Notes: generated from the letters alone by a model not told the origin. DNA of 64,000 nucleotides from an uncultured delta proteobacterium (GCA_963745035.1 CAVUVW010000013.1:1696001-1760000), one strand, 5' to 3'; shown: positions 28,085-38,009, counted from the stretch's first letter. Numbers and translations: made by a program.

Positions 28085-29134
28085 ATGAAAGCGATTTTAA
28101 CCGTTTTGCTTTTTCTCGTTGCCTATCTTGGATCTGGCAATCAGGTCGCTCTCTCGCAGGCCACTTTTTATCAAGACAAAACGATCACGGTTATCTTGGG
28201 AGGTCCTCCCGGAGGAACGGCGGACCTGAGGACAAGAGCCGTTACTTCTCTTCTCCGCAAGCATCTTCCCGGAAATCCGACGATCGTTATGGAGTACATG
28301 GAAGCGGGCGGAGGCCGGCAGGCCGCCAACCACATCTACACCAGGGCAAAGGCGGACGGCCTTACGATCGGCAGCATGGGACCTGCTCTCATAGCGAACG
28401 CCGTTCTTGGCGCCATCGGTGTTCAATACGACCTTGCCAAGTTGATCTACCTCGGGAGCCCCAATAGCGCCACGCAATATCTTTTTCTAACGCACAAAGA
28501 GGCCGGCCTGGTCAATCTGGAAAAATTGCGTGCCACGCCCGGGGTACGGATCGGAGCCCAATCCGTGGGGCACCCGATCTACATCACCGGCCGGATCTTC
28601 GCATACTTGCTCGGCATGAAGGATCCTAGATTCGTTACCGGATACAGCGGCCCGGAAGTCGATATGGCTCTCATGCGGCGTGAAATCGACGCCAGGGTGA
28701 ACATCGCAGAAACGATTTTCCAACGGTCGCCCGACTGGATAGAAAAGGAGCTGGTAAATTTCCACGCCGGCATCGAGATTCCCAGAGGGGAAAAACACCC
28801 GCGCTTTGCTCATTTGCCGGAGCTCGAGAGCCTTGCGAAAGGGGATACGGAGAGGAAGCTTTTGCAGATGTTCCGCGCCTTCAATCCCGCGGGCCAGAAC
28901 TTCTTCCTGCCGCCGGGAACGCCCAAAGAACGGGTACAGATTTTACGAGAAGCGATGCGCAAGACTTTTACCGATCCAGAGTTCCCCAAACAATATCAAA
29001 AACTCACGGGAGACGAGGTCTTGCCGCTCATGCCCGAAGCTGTCGAGAAAGCGATCAGGGAACTGCCGCGCGAGCCCGTGGTCGTCGAGCTGTTTAACAA
29101 TCTCGCCGGTGCGGAGCCTTTACCTCCCCGTTAA
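28085..29134 (+). CDS. TctC/Bug family substrate-binding protein
   Basis: FYQDKT, GGPPGGTAD, PGNP, DGLTIG, GYSG and PPGTP motifs. Confidence 0.88.
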   Translation: MKAILTVLLFLVAYLGSGNQVALSQATFYQDKTITVILGGPPGGTADLRTRAVTSLLRKHLPGNPTIVMEYMEAGGGRQAANHIYTRAKADGLTIGSMGPALIANAVLGAIGVQYDLAKLIYLGSPNSATQYLFLTHKEAGLVNLEKLRATPGVRIGAQSVGHPIYITGRIFAYLLGMKDPRFVTGYSGPEVDMALMRREIDARVNIAETIFQRSPDWIEKELVNFHAGIEIPRGEKHPRFAHLPELESLAKGDTERKLLQMFRAFNPAGQNFFLPPGTPKERVQILREAMRKTFTDPEFPKQYQKLTGDEVLPLMPEAVEKAIRELPREPVVVELFNNLAGAEPLPPR

Positions 29135-29151
29135 GGTTTTCTCCGCGTATA

Positions 29152-29345
29152 CTCGGGTCGCACCTGGCTACGTTTCTGTATTCCCCGCTGCTTTCGTTCC
29201 AGAGGATAGTGTTTTCGGAGCTTAGACTTCCACTTTTAAATTGCGCGCGTAAGCTGCGCTCACGCAGCGCATAGCTGCCACCGGTTTTTATTACAGCCCG
29301 ACGTGCGGCTCTCACATCAAGCTTATTCTTGACGTCCTTAACGGC
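29152..29345 (-). pseudogene. 3' remnant of Y1/REP-associated tyrosine transposase
   Basis: VKNKLDVRAARRAVIKTGGSYALRE...LSSENTILWNES, then ccaggtgcgacccg; homologous to remnants at 31380, 47365, 56035, 58405 and 61151; family recognised from memory. Confidence 0.6.
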
Positions 29346-29394
29346 GGCCCCACTCTTGTTCTGAGTCGCGCCTCACGCTTTCTTGATCCAACGC

Positions 29395-29517
29395 CTTGAA
29401 CGGAGCCTAGCGGTTGTCCTTTCCGCACCAGAGCACGAGCACGGCCTTTGTTATCCTTTATCCTTTTGCCTTTATCCTTCAGAGTGCCTAACGCCTGTTG
29501 CCTATTCAGGTTGCCTT
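29395..29517 (+). repeat. TTGAAC, TTTATCC and CTGTTGC units
   Basis: ttatcctttatccttttgcctttatcctt ... gcctaacgcctgttgcctatt. Confidence 0.75.
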
Positions 29518-30054
29518 CAGCCGGTCCGGTGCGTCATCGGGCGGCGTGATGTCGAACGCGTTGGCGGTGCAGCACGTCATCGAGAAAGCACCGACGCGGG
29601 CGACCAGCGCGACCAGCTCTTCGGTGCTGAAGGCCGCTTCGGCGGCTGCGTAGGTGGCATCGCTCAGTCCCTTGTCGGCGAGCAGTTCCTTGGCGATCTG
29701 ATGCGCGAGCAATTCGCGCTTGTCCTCGGTCGGCAGTGCGTTGCGGCCGTTGATGGCGTCGATTTCTTTTTGCGTGAGGCCGATTTTGAGAGCGTTGCGG
29801 CACTGCGCCGCCCACGGGTACTTCGCGCCCCAGAACCGCGCCACGGTCAAGGTGACGATCTGCTGTTCGCGGGCGGACAGGGTGGTGTCGGCGATACAGG
29901 CTCCGGTGTTCTGCACGCTCTGCATCAGTTTGGGATGGCGGATATAGGCCCAGAATGGCCCGCCATGCGGCCTGCCGCTGGCTTTGGAGGCGTCGATCAC
30001 AGCGCGCTGTTCATCGTTCATTTCGGCAGGCGTCAGAATGGCGATGCGTGTCAT
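29506..30054 (-). CDS. Carboxymuconolactone decarboxylase/AhpD-like protein
   Basis: GGPFWAYIRHPKL, LSAREQQI..L.VAR.WGA.Y.W and LSDATY motifs. Confidence 0.8.
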   Translation of the reverse strand: MTRIAILTPAEMNDEQRAVIDASKASGRPHGGPFWAYIRHPKLMQSVQNTGACIADTTLSAREQQIVTLTVARFWGAKYPWAAQCRNALKIGLTQKEIDAINGRNALPTEDKRELLAHQIAKELLADKGLSDATYAAAEAAFSTEELVALVARVGAFSMTCCTANAFDITPPDDAPDRLKAT

Positions 30055-30324
30055 TGGTTGTCTCCTGTTTCAATACGTCGCGAGCTATATCGTCCAACCG
30101 GGCAAGTCGTCAAGCGCAATTAGATCCAGGTGACACGCAGTTTTGCGTTGACTGGCTCCGCCGATGCAGCGCTCGCATGCGCTTTGATTTGTTCTCGTCG
30201 GGGCACTCGCGTCATACACGAGACCGATCAGCTTCTATCTGACTGTGGCGTTTTGAACTTTGAACCGCGCCTGCCGGTCAACGTCTTGAACCAGTCGAAC
30301 GAGCCCATATTTGACGAATACTGC

Positions 30325-30336
30325 TTGCATATGCAA
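30325..30336. promoter_or_regulatory. Palindrome TTGCATATGCAA, putative TA operator
   Basis: Perfect 12-bp palindrome 10 nt upstream of the toxin ATG. Confidence 0.5.
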
Positions 30337-30346
30337 AAGTATATGG

Positions 30347-30646
30347 ATGTTTGAGATCCGCTTTGCTGAAAGTGTCGAGGAGGATCTCAGAAAAATCCCA
30401 GTCTACTACAGGAATCAGATTCTCGACTCCATCGAAGGACAGCTGGTGCATGAACCCGAAACGGCGACCCGAAATCGCAAGCTCTTGGAGAATCTGACTC
30501 CTCCTTGGCAGACGATGCAGCCGATCTGGGAATTGCGTGTGGGTGAGTATCGGGTGTTTTATGACGTTTCTCTTGGCGAGTCGATCGTTTATGTTCGGGC
30601 AGTGCGGAAGAAGCCGCGAGGAACCAAGACGGAGGATATTTTATGA
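30347..30646 (+). CDS. RelE/ParE family toxin
   Basis: FEIRFA..VEEDL, WELRVGEYRVFYDV and VRAV motifs. Confidence 0.85.
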   Translation: MFEIRFAESVEEDLRKIPVYYRNQILDSIEGQLVHEPETATRNRKLLENLTPPWQTMQPIWELRVGEYRVFYDVSLGESIVYVRAVRKKPRGTKTEDIL

Positions 30647-30894
30647 AGACGGTCAATGCGCGCGATTTGCAGAAAAAAATCAAGGAATGTGTGGATATGT
30701 CTCAGCAGGACAAGGTGGTCATCACGCGTCATGGCAAGCCTGCGGCCGTTCTGGTCGGAGTAGAGGGTAAGGACTGGGGAGATGTGGCGCTGCAAACTTC
30801 GCCAAGTTTTTGGAAGCTGATCGAGGGCAGGCGAAAGGAGTCCACCTTGTCCATGAAAGAACTGCGCACCCGTCTAAAGAAACGAAAAAAATAG
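30643..30894 (+). CDS. Phd/YefM family antitoxin
   Basis: MKTVNARDL, VVITRHGKPAAVLV; ATGA overlap with the toxin. Confidence 0.88.
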   Translation: MKTVNARDLQKKIKECVDMSQQDKVVITRHGKPAAVLVGVEGKDWGDVALQTSPSFWKLIEGRRKESTLSMKELRTRLKKRKK

Positions 30895-31008
30895 GAGCCA
30901 AATTAGGCTCACGCACGAATCAGCCGTCCGGTTCAGCAGTGTCTAGCTTCCATCGGTGTCTATCACATTTGCGATGTACGGCGTTCACGTTGAGCTCAAC
31001 CCTTGTTT

Positions 31009-31362
31009 CTAGCGTGCGCCTGCGGCGAAGTCGCTCTCTTTAATGAAGCGCCAACCGGCTAAACCGGCAGCTCCCTGGTCGTCGGAACCGCCACTGACCC
31101 CCAGGATATTTCCGACCATGATGTAATCGTCCGCGCGAATATAGTTTTTTAGTTGGCGCAGAAAAACGTCCTTCGACATCTCCATCGGACCGATGAAGCT
31201 AAAAATGCGATGCCATAGCGGCACGTTCTGAACCACCACCGCCCAGTTGCCGTTCAGCCCGACCACGTCGCCCGCCGGCTTGAGATCGGCAATGCTCTGG
31301 ACGCTCACCGGTCCACCGGAAACTTCCAGCGTGTCATCGACATCAAATGCATAGATCTTCAT
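31009..31362 (-). CDS. Small HAD-like protein
   Basis: IYAFDVDDTL motif I; MVGN...SDD..AA.LAGW.FI motif IV. Confidence 0.65.
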   Translation of the reverse strand: MKIYAFDVDDTLEVSGGPVSVQSIADLKPAGDVVGLNGNWAVVVQNVPLWHRIFSFIGPMEMSKDVFLRQLKNYIRADDYIMVGNILGVSGGSDDQGAAGLAGWRFIKESDFAAGAR

Positions 31363-31379
31363 GATACGTTCTTCCCCGT

Positions 31380-31570
31380 CTCTGGGGACGAAGCTATGTC
31401 CCAGCACTCTCAGCAGTTTCATTCCAAGACAACGTGTTTCCGAGCTTAGAGCCTCATTTCTGCCGCTGAAATTCGCCCGCATACGCTTCAGCCGGTTCCG
31501 CAGCGCATAGCTATGTCCCAGGCGTCTCGACAGAGGTCGCACTACATGGAGCACGATATCAACGAGCTGG
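31380..31570 (-). pseudogene. 3' remnant of Y1/REP-associated tyrosine transposase
   Basis: SYALR...NFSGRNEALSSE; DNA similarity to the other remnants (gcttagagcctca, agctatgt). Confidence 0.55.
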
Positions 31571-31578
31571 TGAACGGG

Positions 31579-32094
31579 TCAGGGACCCACGATGTGTCTA
31601 TCGGTGAGCAGCACTTGAGCCATCCCGCCATTCGGCAGGGTCATTTCTGTTATCAATAAACCGACGTTCTTCGCATTCACTTGCGTCAACACAAACCACG
31701 TCCCGTCCGGAACTTCCGAAAATGAAAAGTGTCCCTGTGCGTCGCACTCAGTCCGTCTGATCATGCTTTTCAAACTGGGATGGGGTGTCTCCGGCGGTTT
31801 AGGTTCGGTTCGAGCGACGATCATGTGCCAAAACATTTCACGAAAGTAAGATGTCGCCGGCAGCAACAAAACGCGGTTACCTGCACATGTGACGGCGCCA
31901 TCTCGCGGCCGCGTGACAAAGGCTTTGCCGCTTATGCCGTTGTTGCCTGATTTCGCATAGGGTTCATGTTCGGAGTAATCGAACTTGGTCTGCATTCGCA
32001 CAGGGTCTTGGCGAGCAGAGCATCCGGCACATGCGAGCGGCAAGGCGAGCACTACCACCCCGACCCTGACGATGTTTTCCCTAAAGGTTTTCAT
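31579..32094 (-). CDS. Putative lipoprotein with transthyretin/carboxypeptidase-regulatory-like fold
   Basis: Lipobox CAGC; G..I.GKAF, TCAGN.V.L.PATSY and CDAQGHF.F..VP.G.WFV motifs. Confidence 0.7.
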   Translation of the reverse strand: MKTFRENIVRVGVVVLALPLACAGCSARQDPVRMQTKFDYSEHEPYAKSGNNGISGKAFVTRPRDGAVTCAGNRVLLLPATSYFREMFWHMIVARTEPKPPETPHPSLKSMIRRTECDAQGHFSFSEVPDGTWFVLTQVNAKNVGLLITEMTLPNGGMAQVLLTDRHIVGP

Positions 32095-32423
32095 TTGACC
32101 CACAACGATAGCGCATCAAATGGCACTCCAAGTGATTACCCTTTCCATCGCTAGGGTGAGCCGGCGGCGCCCTCCATAAAAAACTATATCACCGCTGTTC
32201 GATGGCTCTAGACGGGTCGCCGAATTTCAGTGGTTTATTACAGGATGTGTAGCCGATTCAGCGCACCGGAAGGATGGGACTCAGTTTGAGGAACTTGGCG
32301 CTTGATTAAAAGTGCAGCGATGGAACGATTTGATGTCTTGACCGGTACTGTTGCGGCGGCAGCCTAGTCGCTTCAGCTGCAACCACTGCAGCCAAAGCTA
32401 GCCTGTCGCCCTTTCTGCCGTGG

Positions 32424-33056
32424 TCAGTAAAGCTCGGTCTTTAGGCGCTCGGCATATTTCTCGTTATAATCCCTGGCGTAGGCAGCATCCTTGCCGTCGC
32501 GCGCGGCGGCGAAGTCGCCGTGGGTCGGGGCGCCGCTCGGCCGCTCCGTCGCTTCCCACAGCTTCGCCCGCACGAGGGCTTTGGGGCAGTGATTGAAGGC
32601 TTCCTCGACAGCGACGACCATGATTACGCGCGGCGGCTTGCCGCCCACTTCGAATCGCTTCAGCAACTCCGGGTCGGTACTGAGCGTCGCCCTGCCGGTC
32701 ACGCGATAGGTTTCGTTCGATCCCGGGATCATGAAAATAATGCCGACCTTCGGATTGACGAGCAGGTTCTTCATCCCGTCGATGCGGTTGTTGCCTGGCC
32801 GGTCGGGGATCAGCAGTGTTCGGTCGTCGAGCAGCTGCACGAAACCCGGCGCATCGCCCTTGGGCGAACAGTCGATGCTGGTCCCGTTCGAGGTCGCGAG
32901 CACCAGGAACGGCGATGCCGCGATGAAGGCGCGCCCAACCTCGGTGATGTGGTCGGCTTCCTTGGTGGCGATGTGGGGCAACGGCTTGGCATAAATCTTC
33001 GCGAGATCGTCCAGCGAAGTTACGGTATAGACATCGCTCCGGTCTGTTGTATCCAT
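32424..33056 (-). CDS. Pyridoxamine 5'-phosphate oxidase-like FMN-binding protein (MSMEG_1061 family)
   Basis: FIAASPF, DCSPKGDAPGFV, PDRPGNNRID and HCPKALVRAKLW motifs; GAGG RBS. Confidence 0.88.
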   Translation of the reverse strand: MDTTDRSDVYTVTSLDDLAKIYAKPLPHIATKEADHITEVGRAFIAASPFLVLATSNGTSIDCSPKGDAPGFVQLLDDRTLLIPDRPGNNRIDGMKNLLVNPKVGIIFMIPGSNETYRVTGRATLSTDPELLKRFEVGGKPPRVIMVVAVEEAFNHCPKALVRAKLWEATERPSGAPTHGDFAAARDGKDAAYARDYNEKYAERLKTELY

Positions 33057-33177
33057 GTCACATTCCTCGTTCTGCCGGTTATGGGTGGCAGTAGCCTTTC
33101 TTTGGATTCCTGCAATATCGATTGTCAACCGAGTGTTGTCAACATGCACGCCAGACAGCGCCCAAGGATCGGTTCGG

Positions 33178-33372
33178 CGGTTGAACGACTGGAACGATTG
33201 AAACAATAGAAACGACTGGAACCCAATTCTTTCCCGTTGACGTTGAACTATTGAACTGCCGTTAATCTGACGGATTGAACGGAGCGCAGCGGTTGAACGG
33301 CTTGAACGGAGTAAAATGGTTGAACGAGCTCTTTTCAGAAACGTTGAACTTTTGAACCTTTGACCGTTGAAT
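33178..33372 (+). repeat. Long TTGAAC block
   Basis: More than 12 ttgaac/tggaac units; 33211-33248 recurs at 34794-34831. Confidence 0.85.
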
Positions 33373-33388
33373 TGCCGCTTAGGCGATC

Positions 33389-33416
33389 TGGACAAATTAG
33401 CTAAATTGGCTATAAT
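33389..33416 (+). promoter_or_regulatory. Sigma70-type promoter with 9-bp direct-repeat operator
   Basis: TGGACA-16 nt-TATAAT; AAATTAGCT/AAATTGGCT tandem lies between the boxes. Confidence 0.6.
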
Positions 33417-33440
33417 GCCCTGCATGAGGGAGACCATCCG

Positions 33441-33791
33441 ATGTCCATGCTCACTTTCAGGAATCGCCAAGGCGCTCTAGTCGACATTCCGACCGTCAAG
33501 GCAACTCAGGTTAAGAACGAGTTCGGCTCGATCCTGGAAAAGGCCACGCGCAGCGGCGCGGTGGCGATTACTCGACACGCCGCGCCAAAGGCCGTGCTGC
33601 TTTCTTACGAAGAATTCGAGTCGCTGGTGCAAATACAATCGCGCACTCTCGAAAATCTCGGCGCCGAATTCGACGATCTGTTGGATCGCATGCAGACCGC
33701 TAAGGCAAAAAAGGGGATGGAATCCGCGTTCCACGCCTCCCCCGCCAAGCTCGGACGCGCGGCCGTCGGGGCCGCCCGTAAACGCCGATAA
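33441..33791 (+). CDS. Phd/YefM family antitoxin (extended)
   Basis: ATQVKNEFGSILE, VAITRH..PKAVLLSYEEFE motifs. Confidence 0.85.
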   Translation: MSMLTFRNRQGALVDIPTVKATQVKNEFGSILEKATRSGAVAITRHAAPKAVLLSYEEFESLVQIQSRTLENLGAEFDDLLDRMQTAKAKKGMESAFHASPAKLGRAAVGAARKRR

Positions 33792-33854
33792 ATACTCGGC
33801 GACACGTTTCTAAGTAAGACGCCTCAGCGAAGCGTCGCCCCAGTTATCCTTGGA

Positions 33855-34499
33855 ATGAGCCCGCCTACCTCGCCGCGCATCTATGTTCTCGCCGGCGTTA
33901 ACGGCGCGGGCAAGAGCAGCATTGGCGGCGCGGCGTTTCGCGCTGCCGGCGCCCACTATTACAATCCCGACGAAGCCGCGCGCACATTGATGGCCGCTAA
34001 TCCGGCGCTAACTCAAGCAGACGCCAATAGCGCCGCCTGGCGCAAGGGCGTGGAACTCTTGACGCGGGCTATGAGAGAGCGCAAAAACTTTGCCTTCGAA
34101 ACCACGCTTGGCGCCAACACGATCCCCGGTCTGCTCATGGAGGCCGCATCACAAGGTGTCGAGCTTTACGTGTGGTACGTGGGCCTTTCCAGCCCCGAGC
34201 TTCATATCGAGCGCGTACGAGCGCGAGTCCGACGGGGCGGCCACGACATCGCTGCCGAGCATATCCGCCGGCGCTATGAACATAGCCGCTTAAACCTCAT
34301 CGATCTCTTGCCACGGATCACGGCCTTGCGCGTTTACGACAACAGCGCAGACGCAGATCCCGCCGCCGGCAAGACCCCCAAGCCCAAGCTGGTGTTGCAC
34401 ATGGAAAATGGAAAGATTCTCAATCGCCGCAATCTCAGGAGCACGCCGAACTGGGCCAAACCCATCGTCGCCGCCGCGCTCAAGCTCACGGCGCCCTGA
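33855..34499 (+). CDS. Zeta-toxin-like P-loop kinase/ATPase
   Basis: AGVNGAGKS Walker A; FAFETTL, RV..RV.RGGHDI, IRRRY and VYDNS motifs. Confidence 0.85.
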   Translation: MSPPTSPRIYVLAGVNGAGKSSIGGAAFRAAGAHYYNPDEAARTLMAANPALTQADANSAAWRKGVELLTRAMRERKNFAFETTLGANTIPGLLMEAASQGVELYVWYVGLSSPELHIERVRARVRRGGHDIAAEHIRRRYEHSRLNLIDLLPRITALRVYDNSADADPAAGKTPKPKLVLHMENGKILNRRNLRSTPNWAKPIVAAALKLTAP

Positions 34500-34587
34500 G
34501 AAAACTTAGGACAAATCTTTTGAGAATTAGATTTAGAACATTCACTGGCTTTGACGCCGACGCGAATTTTGACGAATTATCTTCTGA

Positions 34588-34880
34588 ACTGTTGCCTGTT
34601 GCCTCGTGCCTTACGCCTGTTTGTTGGAAGTCATAAAGGGGACAAGCTACTTTTTTCTCATTTCGCGGCCGACCGGGCGAGCGCGATTGCTTCCGACCAG
34701 ATTGAACGTCTGGAACCATTGAAACAGCTGGAACTATTGGAACCACTCTCCTTTGTAAAACGTCTTGAACGGAGCGCAGCGGTTAACGGCTGGAACGACT
34801 GGAACCCAATTCCTTTCCGTTGACGTTGAACGTTTGAACGGTTGAACCTTGAACAAGTTCTTTCGTACTGTTGCCTATTT
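34588..34880 (+). repeat. CTGTTGC and TTGAAC blocks with a short transposase scrap
   Basis: ctgttgcctgttgcctcgtgccttacgcct; gcgattgcttccgaccag (WSEAIA on - strand); many ttgaac units. Confidence 0.8.
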
Positions 34881-34885
34881 GAGAA

Positions 34886-35374
34886 CTAATCAATGGTGAT
34901 CCGTCGTCCAAAGAAAGTATCAAAAGCGATGGCCGGAGTGTGTGAGTTTAAGGGATCATCATTGGCACTGAAAGCGCGCAACTCGAACCTTCCTTCCATT
35001 TCTTCACACCTTTCAGCGAATCTCATCACGATATCGAGTCTGGCGATCTGCGCTGGTGGCACACCGCCGTTCACGGGAGTTTCAGCAAAGTTGAAGTCGA
35101 GGCTCCTCGCCTTCGCGTCCCGAGCGCCGGCTTTCCTCCAAACGCCTTGTATGTGGCTGAAGCCAAACGCCCTTTGGGCGGAGCTGGTAACGTGAAATGC
35201 GCCATCCTGTGACAATGTCCAGAGGCTTTGAGTGCCACTGCCTTCGACGACAAGATAAGTGCCGGAGAAACAGCCGCCCTGTGATCCCGTATCGCGCGAG
35301 CTAGCGATAGTGGAATTCACTAGCAAGGGCGGGATTGATAACACAAAGGCCAGGATTATAAGCCGGAATTTCAT
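34886..35374 (-). CDS. Exported hypothetical beta-rich protein
   Basis: GGAGG RBS; signal peptide MKFRLIILAF. Confidence 0.6.
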   Translation of the reverse strand: MKFRLIILAFVLSIPPLLVNSTIASSRDTGSQGGCFSGTYLVVEGSGTQSLWTLSQDGAFHVTSSAQRAFGFSHIQGVWRKAGARDAKARSLDFNFAETPVNGGVPPAQIARLDIVMRFAERCEEMEGRFELRAFSANDDPLNSHTPAIAFDTFFGRRITID

Positions 35375-35609
35375 AGTGCCCTCCATGTTGCGGTTACTTG
35401 TGAGAACTCCCGGAAACGCACGCGCTTCTAACACAGGATGCGCCCTCAAACAAATCCGGGACAGCGTTGGATAAATGAGCAATAGCCGCCGTCACCCGCC
35501 CCTTTACGAACCACAAACTCCTGACCGCGATCGATCCGACCAGCGAATCTCTTGACGATCGCACGTTGACCCAATGGCTATCCGATTAACGATCGGCCGC
35601 GAGGCCTAG

Positions 35610-35746
35610 AGCGTAGCGGTTGAACGGCTTGAACGTTTTTAACCGGCTTCAGTATGGTTAGCGGTTGAACGTCTGGAAACAATTGAAAGCATTGGAACCG
35701 AGCTGTTGTTCCGATGACGTTGAACTTTTGAACCGTTGAACTTTGA
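35610..35746 (+). repeat. TTGAAC block
   Basis: gagcgtagcggttgaacggcttgaacg ... gttgaacttttgaaccgttgaactttgac. Confidence 0.8.
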
Positions 35747-35829
35747 CCGCGCCGCGACGCTGATCGCGGTAGTATTCGAATTGTGAACCGGCTATTGACA
35801 ACGGCTTCGTGGCCACTTTATACGAAGCT

Positions 35830-36843
35830 ATGTTTACCTGGTTTGCTTTGGTTTTACCCATTCTGCTGGCGACGCAAAGCATCCTATCAACCGTTCATGC
35901 GCTAGAGCGCCATATTCATGCCCGAGCGGGGGGATCCAGCTCGCAACAACTGCCCTTGATCGTTGCGAAAGATCTCGGGCTATTCGAGAAATATGGTTTG
36001 AATCTTGATCTACTCGAGATCCGCGGCGGTTCACTGTTGATGCAGGCGCTGATCGGTCAGAGCGTAAATTCTGCCGACGTCGGCGCGCAGGCACCCATTC
36101 GAGCCATTCTATCCGGGGCTAACGTTGTGATCACCGGCGGACTTCTCAACAAGACGCTCTACAAGTTTGTAACCCGCAAAGAGATCCGCAAGCCCTCGGA
36201 TCTTCGCGGCAAAAAAGTAGGCATCGTCAATTTTGGTGGAGCCAACGAATTCAATATTCTTATGGCACTGAAAGCGTGGGGCATGCCGCCGGATTCCGTG
36301 AAGCTGCTGCCATCGGGCGGCAGCTTGGCGAGACTTGCGGCCATGGAGGTAGAGGGAGGACTCGATGCAACGATTATCCCTTACGGCGAAGCGGCGGCGG
36401 CAGCTAAAAAAGGCTTTAATGTCTTGGCCGATTTAAGCGAACTGATGGAGGAGTCTCCCGAAAAGGTTTTCATCGCCGACCGCTTATTCATCGCCAAGAA
36501 ACGCGACAATGCCAAGCGATTTTTCCGTGCCGTGAGCGAATCTATTCACATACTGAGAAGTCAGCCTGAGCTAAAAGGAAAAGTTGTTCCCATCATCGTA
36601 AAGTGGCTAAGAATTCCGACAAAACTCGCCGAGGAAGCATACGACATACATCACAAAATCTTTGCTTTTCCTCCGCGTGTCGGCCGCAGGGGCTTACAAG
36701 ACGTTCTTGAAATCATCCAACGCGAACCCCGGAGCGCTAAAGATGACTTGAGATTGAGTCGTTTCGTGGACGAAAGTATACTCGACGAGCTGGAGAAAGA
36801 AGGATTCTTCAAAAATCTGACGGACAAAATCTCGCAAAAATGA
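35830..36843 (+). CDS. ABC substrate-binding protein, NMT1/THI5-like
   Basis: GLFEKYGL, DLRGKKVGI, ARLAAM and FVDESILDELEKEGFF motifs. Confidence 0.85.
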   Translation: MFTWFALVLPILLATQSILSTVHALERHIHARAGGSSSQQLPLIVAKDLGLFEKYGLNLDLLEIRGGSLLMQALIGQSVNSADVGAQAPIRAILSGANVVITGGLLNKTLYKFVTRKEIRKPSDLRGKKVGIVNFGGANEFNILMALKAWGMPPDSVKLLPSGGSLARLAAMEVEGGLDATIIPYGEAAAAAKKGFNVLADLSELMEESPEKVFIADRLFIAKKRDNAKRFFRAVSESIHILRSQPELKGKVVPIIVKWLRIPTKLAEEAYDIHHKIFAFPPRVGRRGLQDVLEIIQREPRSAKDDLRLSRFVDESILDELEKEGFFKNLTDKISQK

Positions 36844-36914
36844 GCCGGACCGGCGCCACATTCCAGGGAACCAAGATTTACCGGAATTACTCAACTGGTT
36901 GTTGAAAAGATTCC

Positions 36915-37080
36915 AGGCTGTTCAAAAAGGTCCAGATGCGAGGCGCGCGAGAAAATGGAGTGTTGGAGTATTGGAGTATTGCCTCCTAAACCCATCACTC
37001 CACCACTCCGTCACTCCAGTACTCCGATCCGGATGAGGCGATCGAGCGCAACGAAGCGGGTGGGCCTTTTTCAACAGTCT
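36915..37080. mobile_element. MITE-like element, copy 2
   Basis: Same arms as 22790-22942; core of inverted TGGAGTAT/CACTCC octamer repeats. Confidence 0.65.
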
Positions 37081-37116
37081 GTTAACTGCCGCTGAACGAA
37101 GAAAGGGAGGTTTCAA

Positions 37117-37992
37117 GTGACATCGAGAATCAAACATATCGGAATTATGAGTCAGACGCCGCCTCGTCTGTTTAAATTCTATGAATGCCTGTTCGACTTT
37201 AGGACAGACGTGCGTACCCCGGATCAAGAGCGTGAGCGCGCTAAAGCACTCGGCTACAGAGTACTGCACTCCGGCCGCGTTGCCAGTGCCTTCGCTCGGA
37301 CGGTGATCGCGAGCGACGGCAACATCGGCGTTGCCTTCAATCAGCGTCGTCCCGGCTATCCTGGAGGTCTCGATCATTTCGGCATGACCGTCGATGACAT
37401 TGGCGGAGTGCTCAAAAGAATCAAGGAAAAATATCCCTCGGTCGGGGCGGTGAAACGCCCTGCCGGCCGGCCATTTGTCGATTACAGCAGTCACGACCCC
37501 GAGGGAAACATTTTCGACATCGCAGAACCAGGCAAAAAGCAACTCGTGGGTGTTTTTTCAGAGGCGGAAAACAAACGCCCGCGCCACATCAAACATTTCA
37601 CGATTCGCGCGATGAATCCGAGGGCCTTGGCTCAATTTTACACTGACGTTTTTGAATTCAAGCAGGAAGAAAAGGCGCTGGAGGACCCGCATTTTTATCT
37701 CACCGACGGCACGGTGACGATGGTTATTGCGCCCTATAAAATCGAGGATTACCTCGGCACCGAGCACAAGCGCCCAGGCTTCGATCACCTCGGTTTTGCA
37801 GTCGAAGATTTGCAAGCTTTCAATGCCGATGTGGAACTGTTGGCGAAGCACGACCCGGAATATCTGGCGCCCAAACCTCCGAACGTCGAATCCGAATACC
37901 AAGTCATCATGGACCTGCTTCGGACCTGCAGGCATGGGCAGCACCAAATGTGCGACCCGGAGGGAAACCTGATCGATATTTCTGTCGGCTAG
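37117..37992 (+). CDS. VOC/glyoxalase family protein (two domains)
   Basis: IKHIGI, GLDHFG, DPEGN, IKHF, GFDHLGF and DPEGN motifs; GGGAGG RBS. Confidence 0.85.
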   Translation: MTSRIKHIGIMSQTPPRLFKFYECLFDFRTDVRTPDQERERAKALGYRVLHSGRVASAFARTVIASDGNIGVAFNQRRPGYPGGLDHFGMTVDDIGGVLKRIKEKYPSVGAVKRPAGRPFVDYSSHDPEGNIFDIAEPGKKQLVGVFSEAENKRPRHIKHFTIRAMNPRALAQFYTDVFEFKQEEKALEDPHFYLTDGTVTMVIAPYKIEDYLGTEHKRPGFDHLGFAVEDLQAFNADVELLAKHDPEYLAPKPPNVESEYQVIMDLLRTCRHGQHQMCDPEGNLIDISVG

Positions 37993-38009
37993 GATTCGTT
38001 CCAGCCGGT

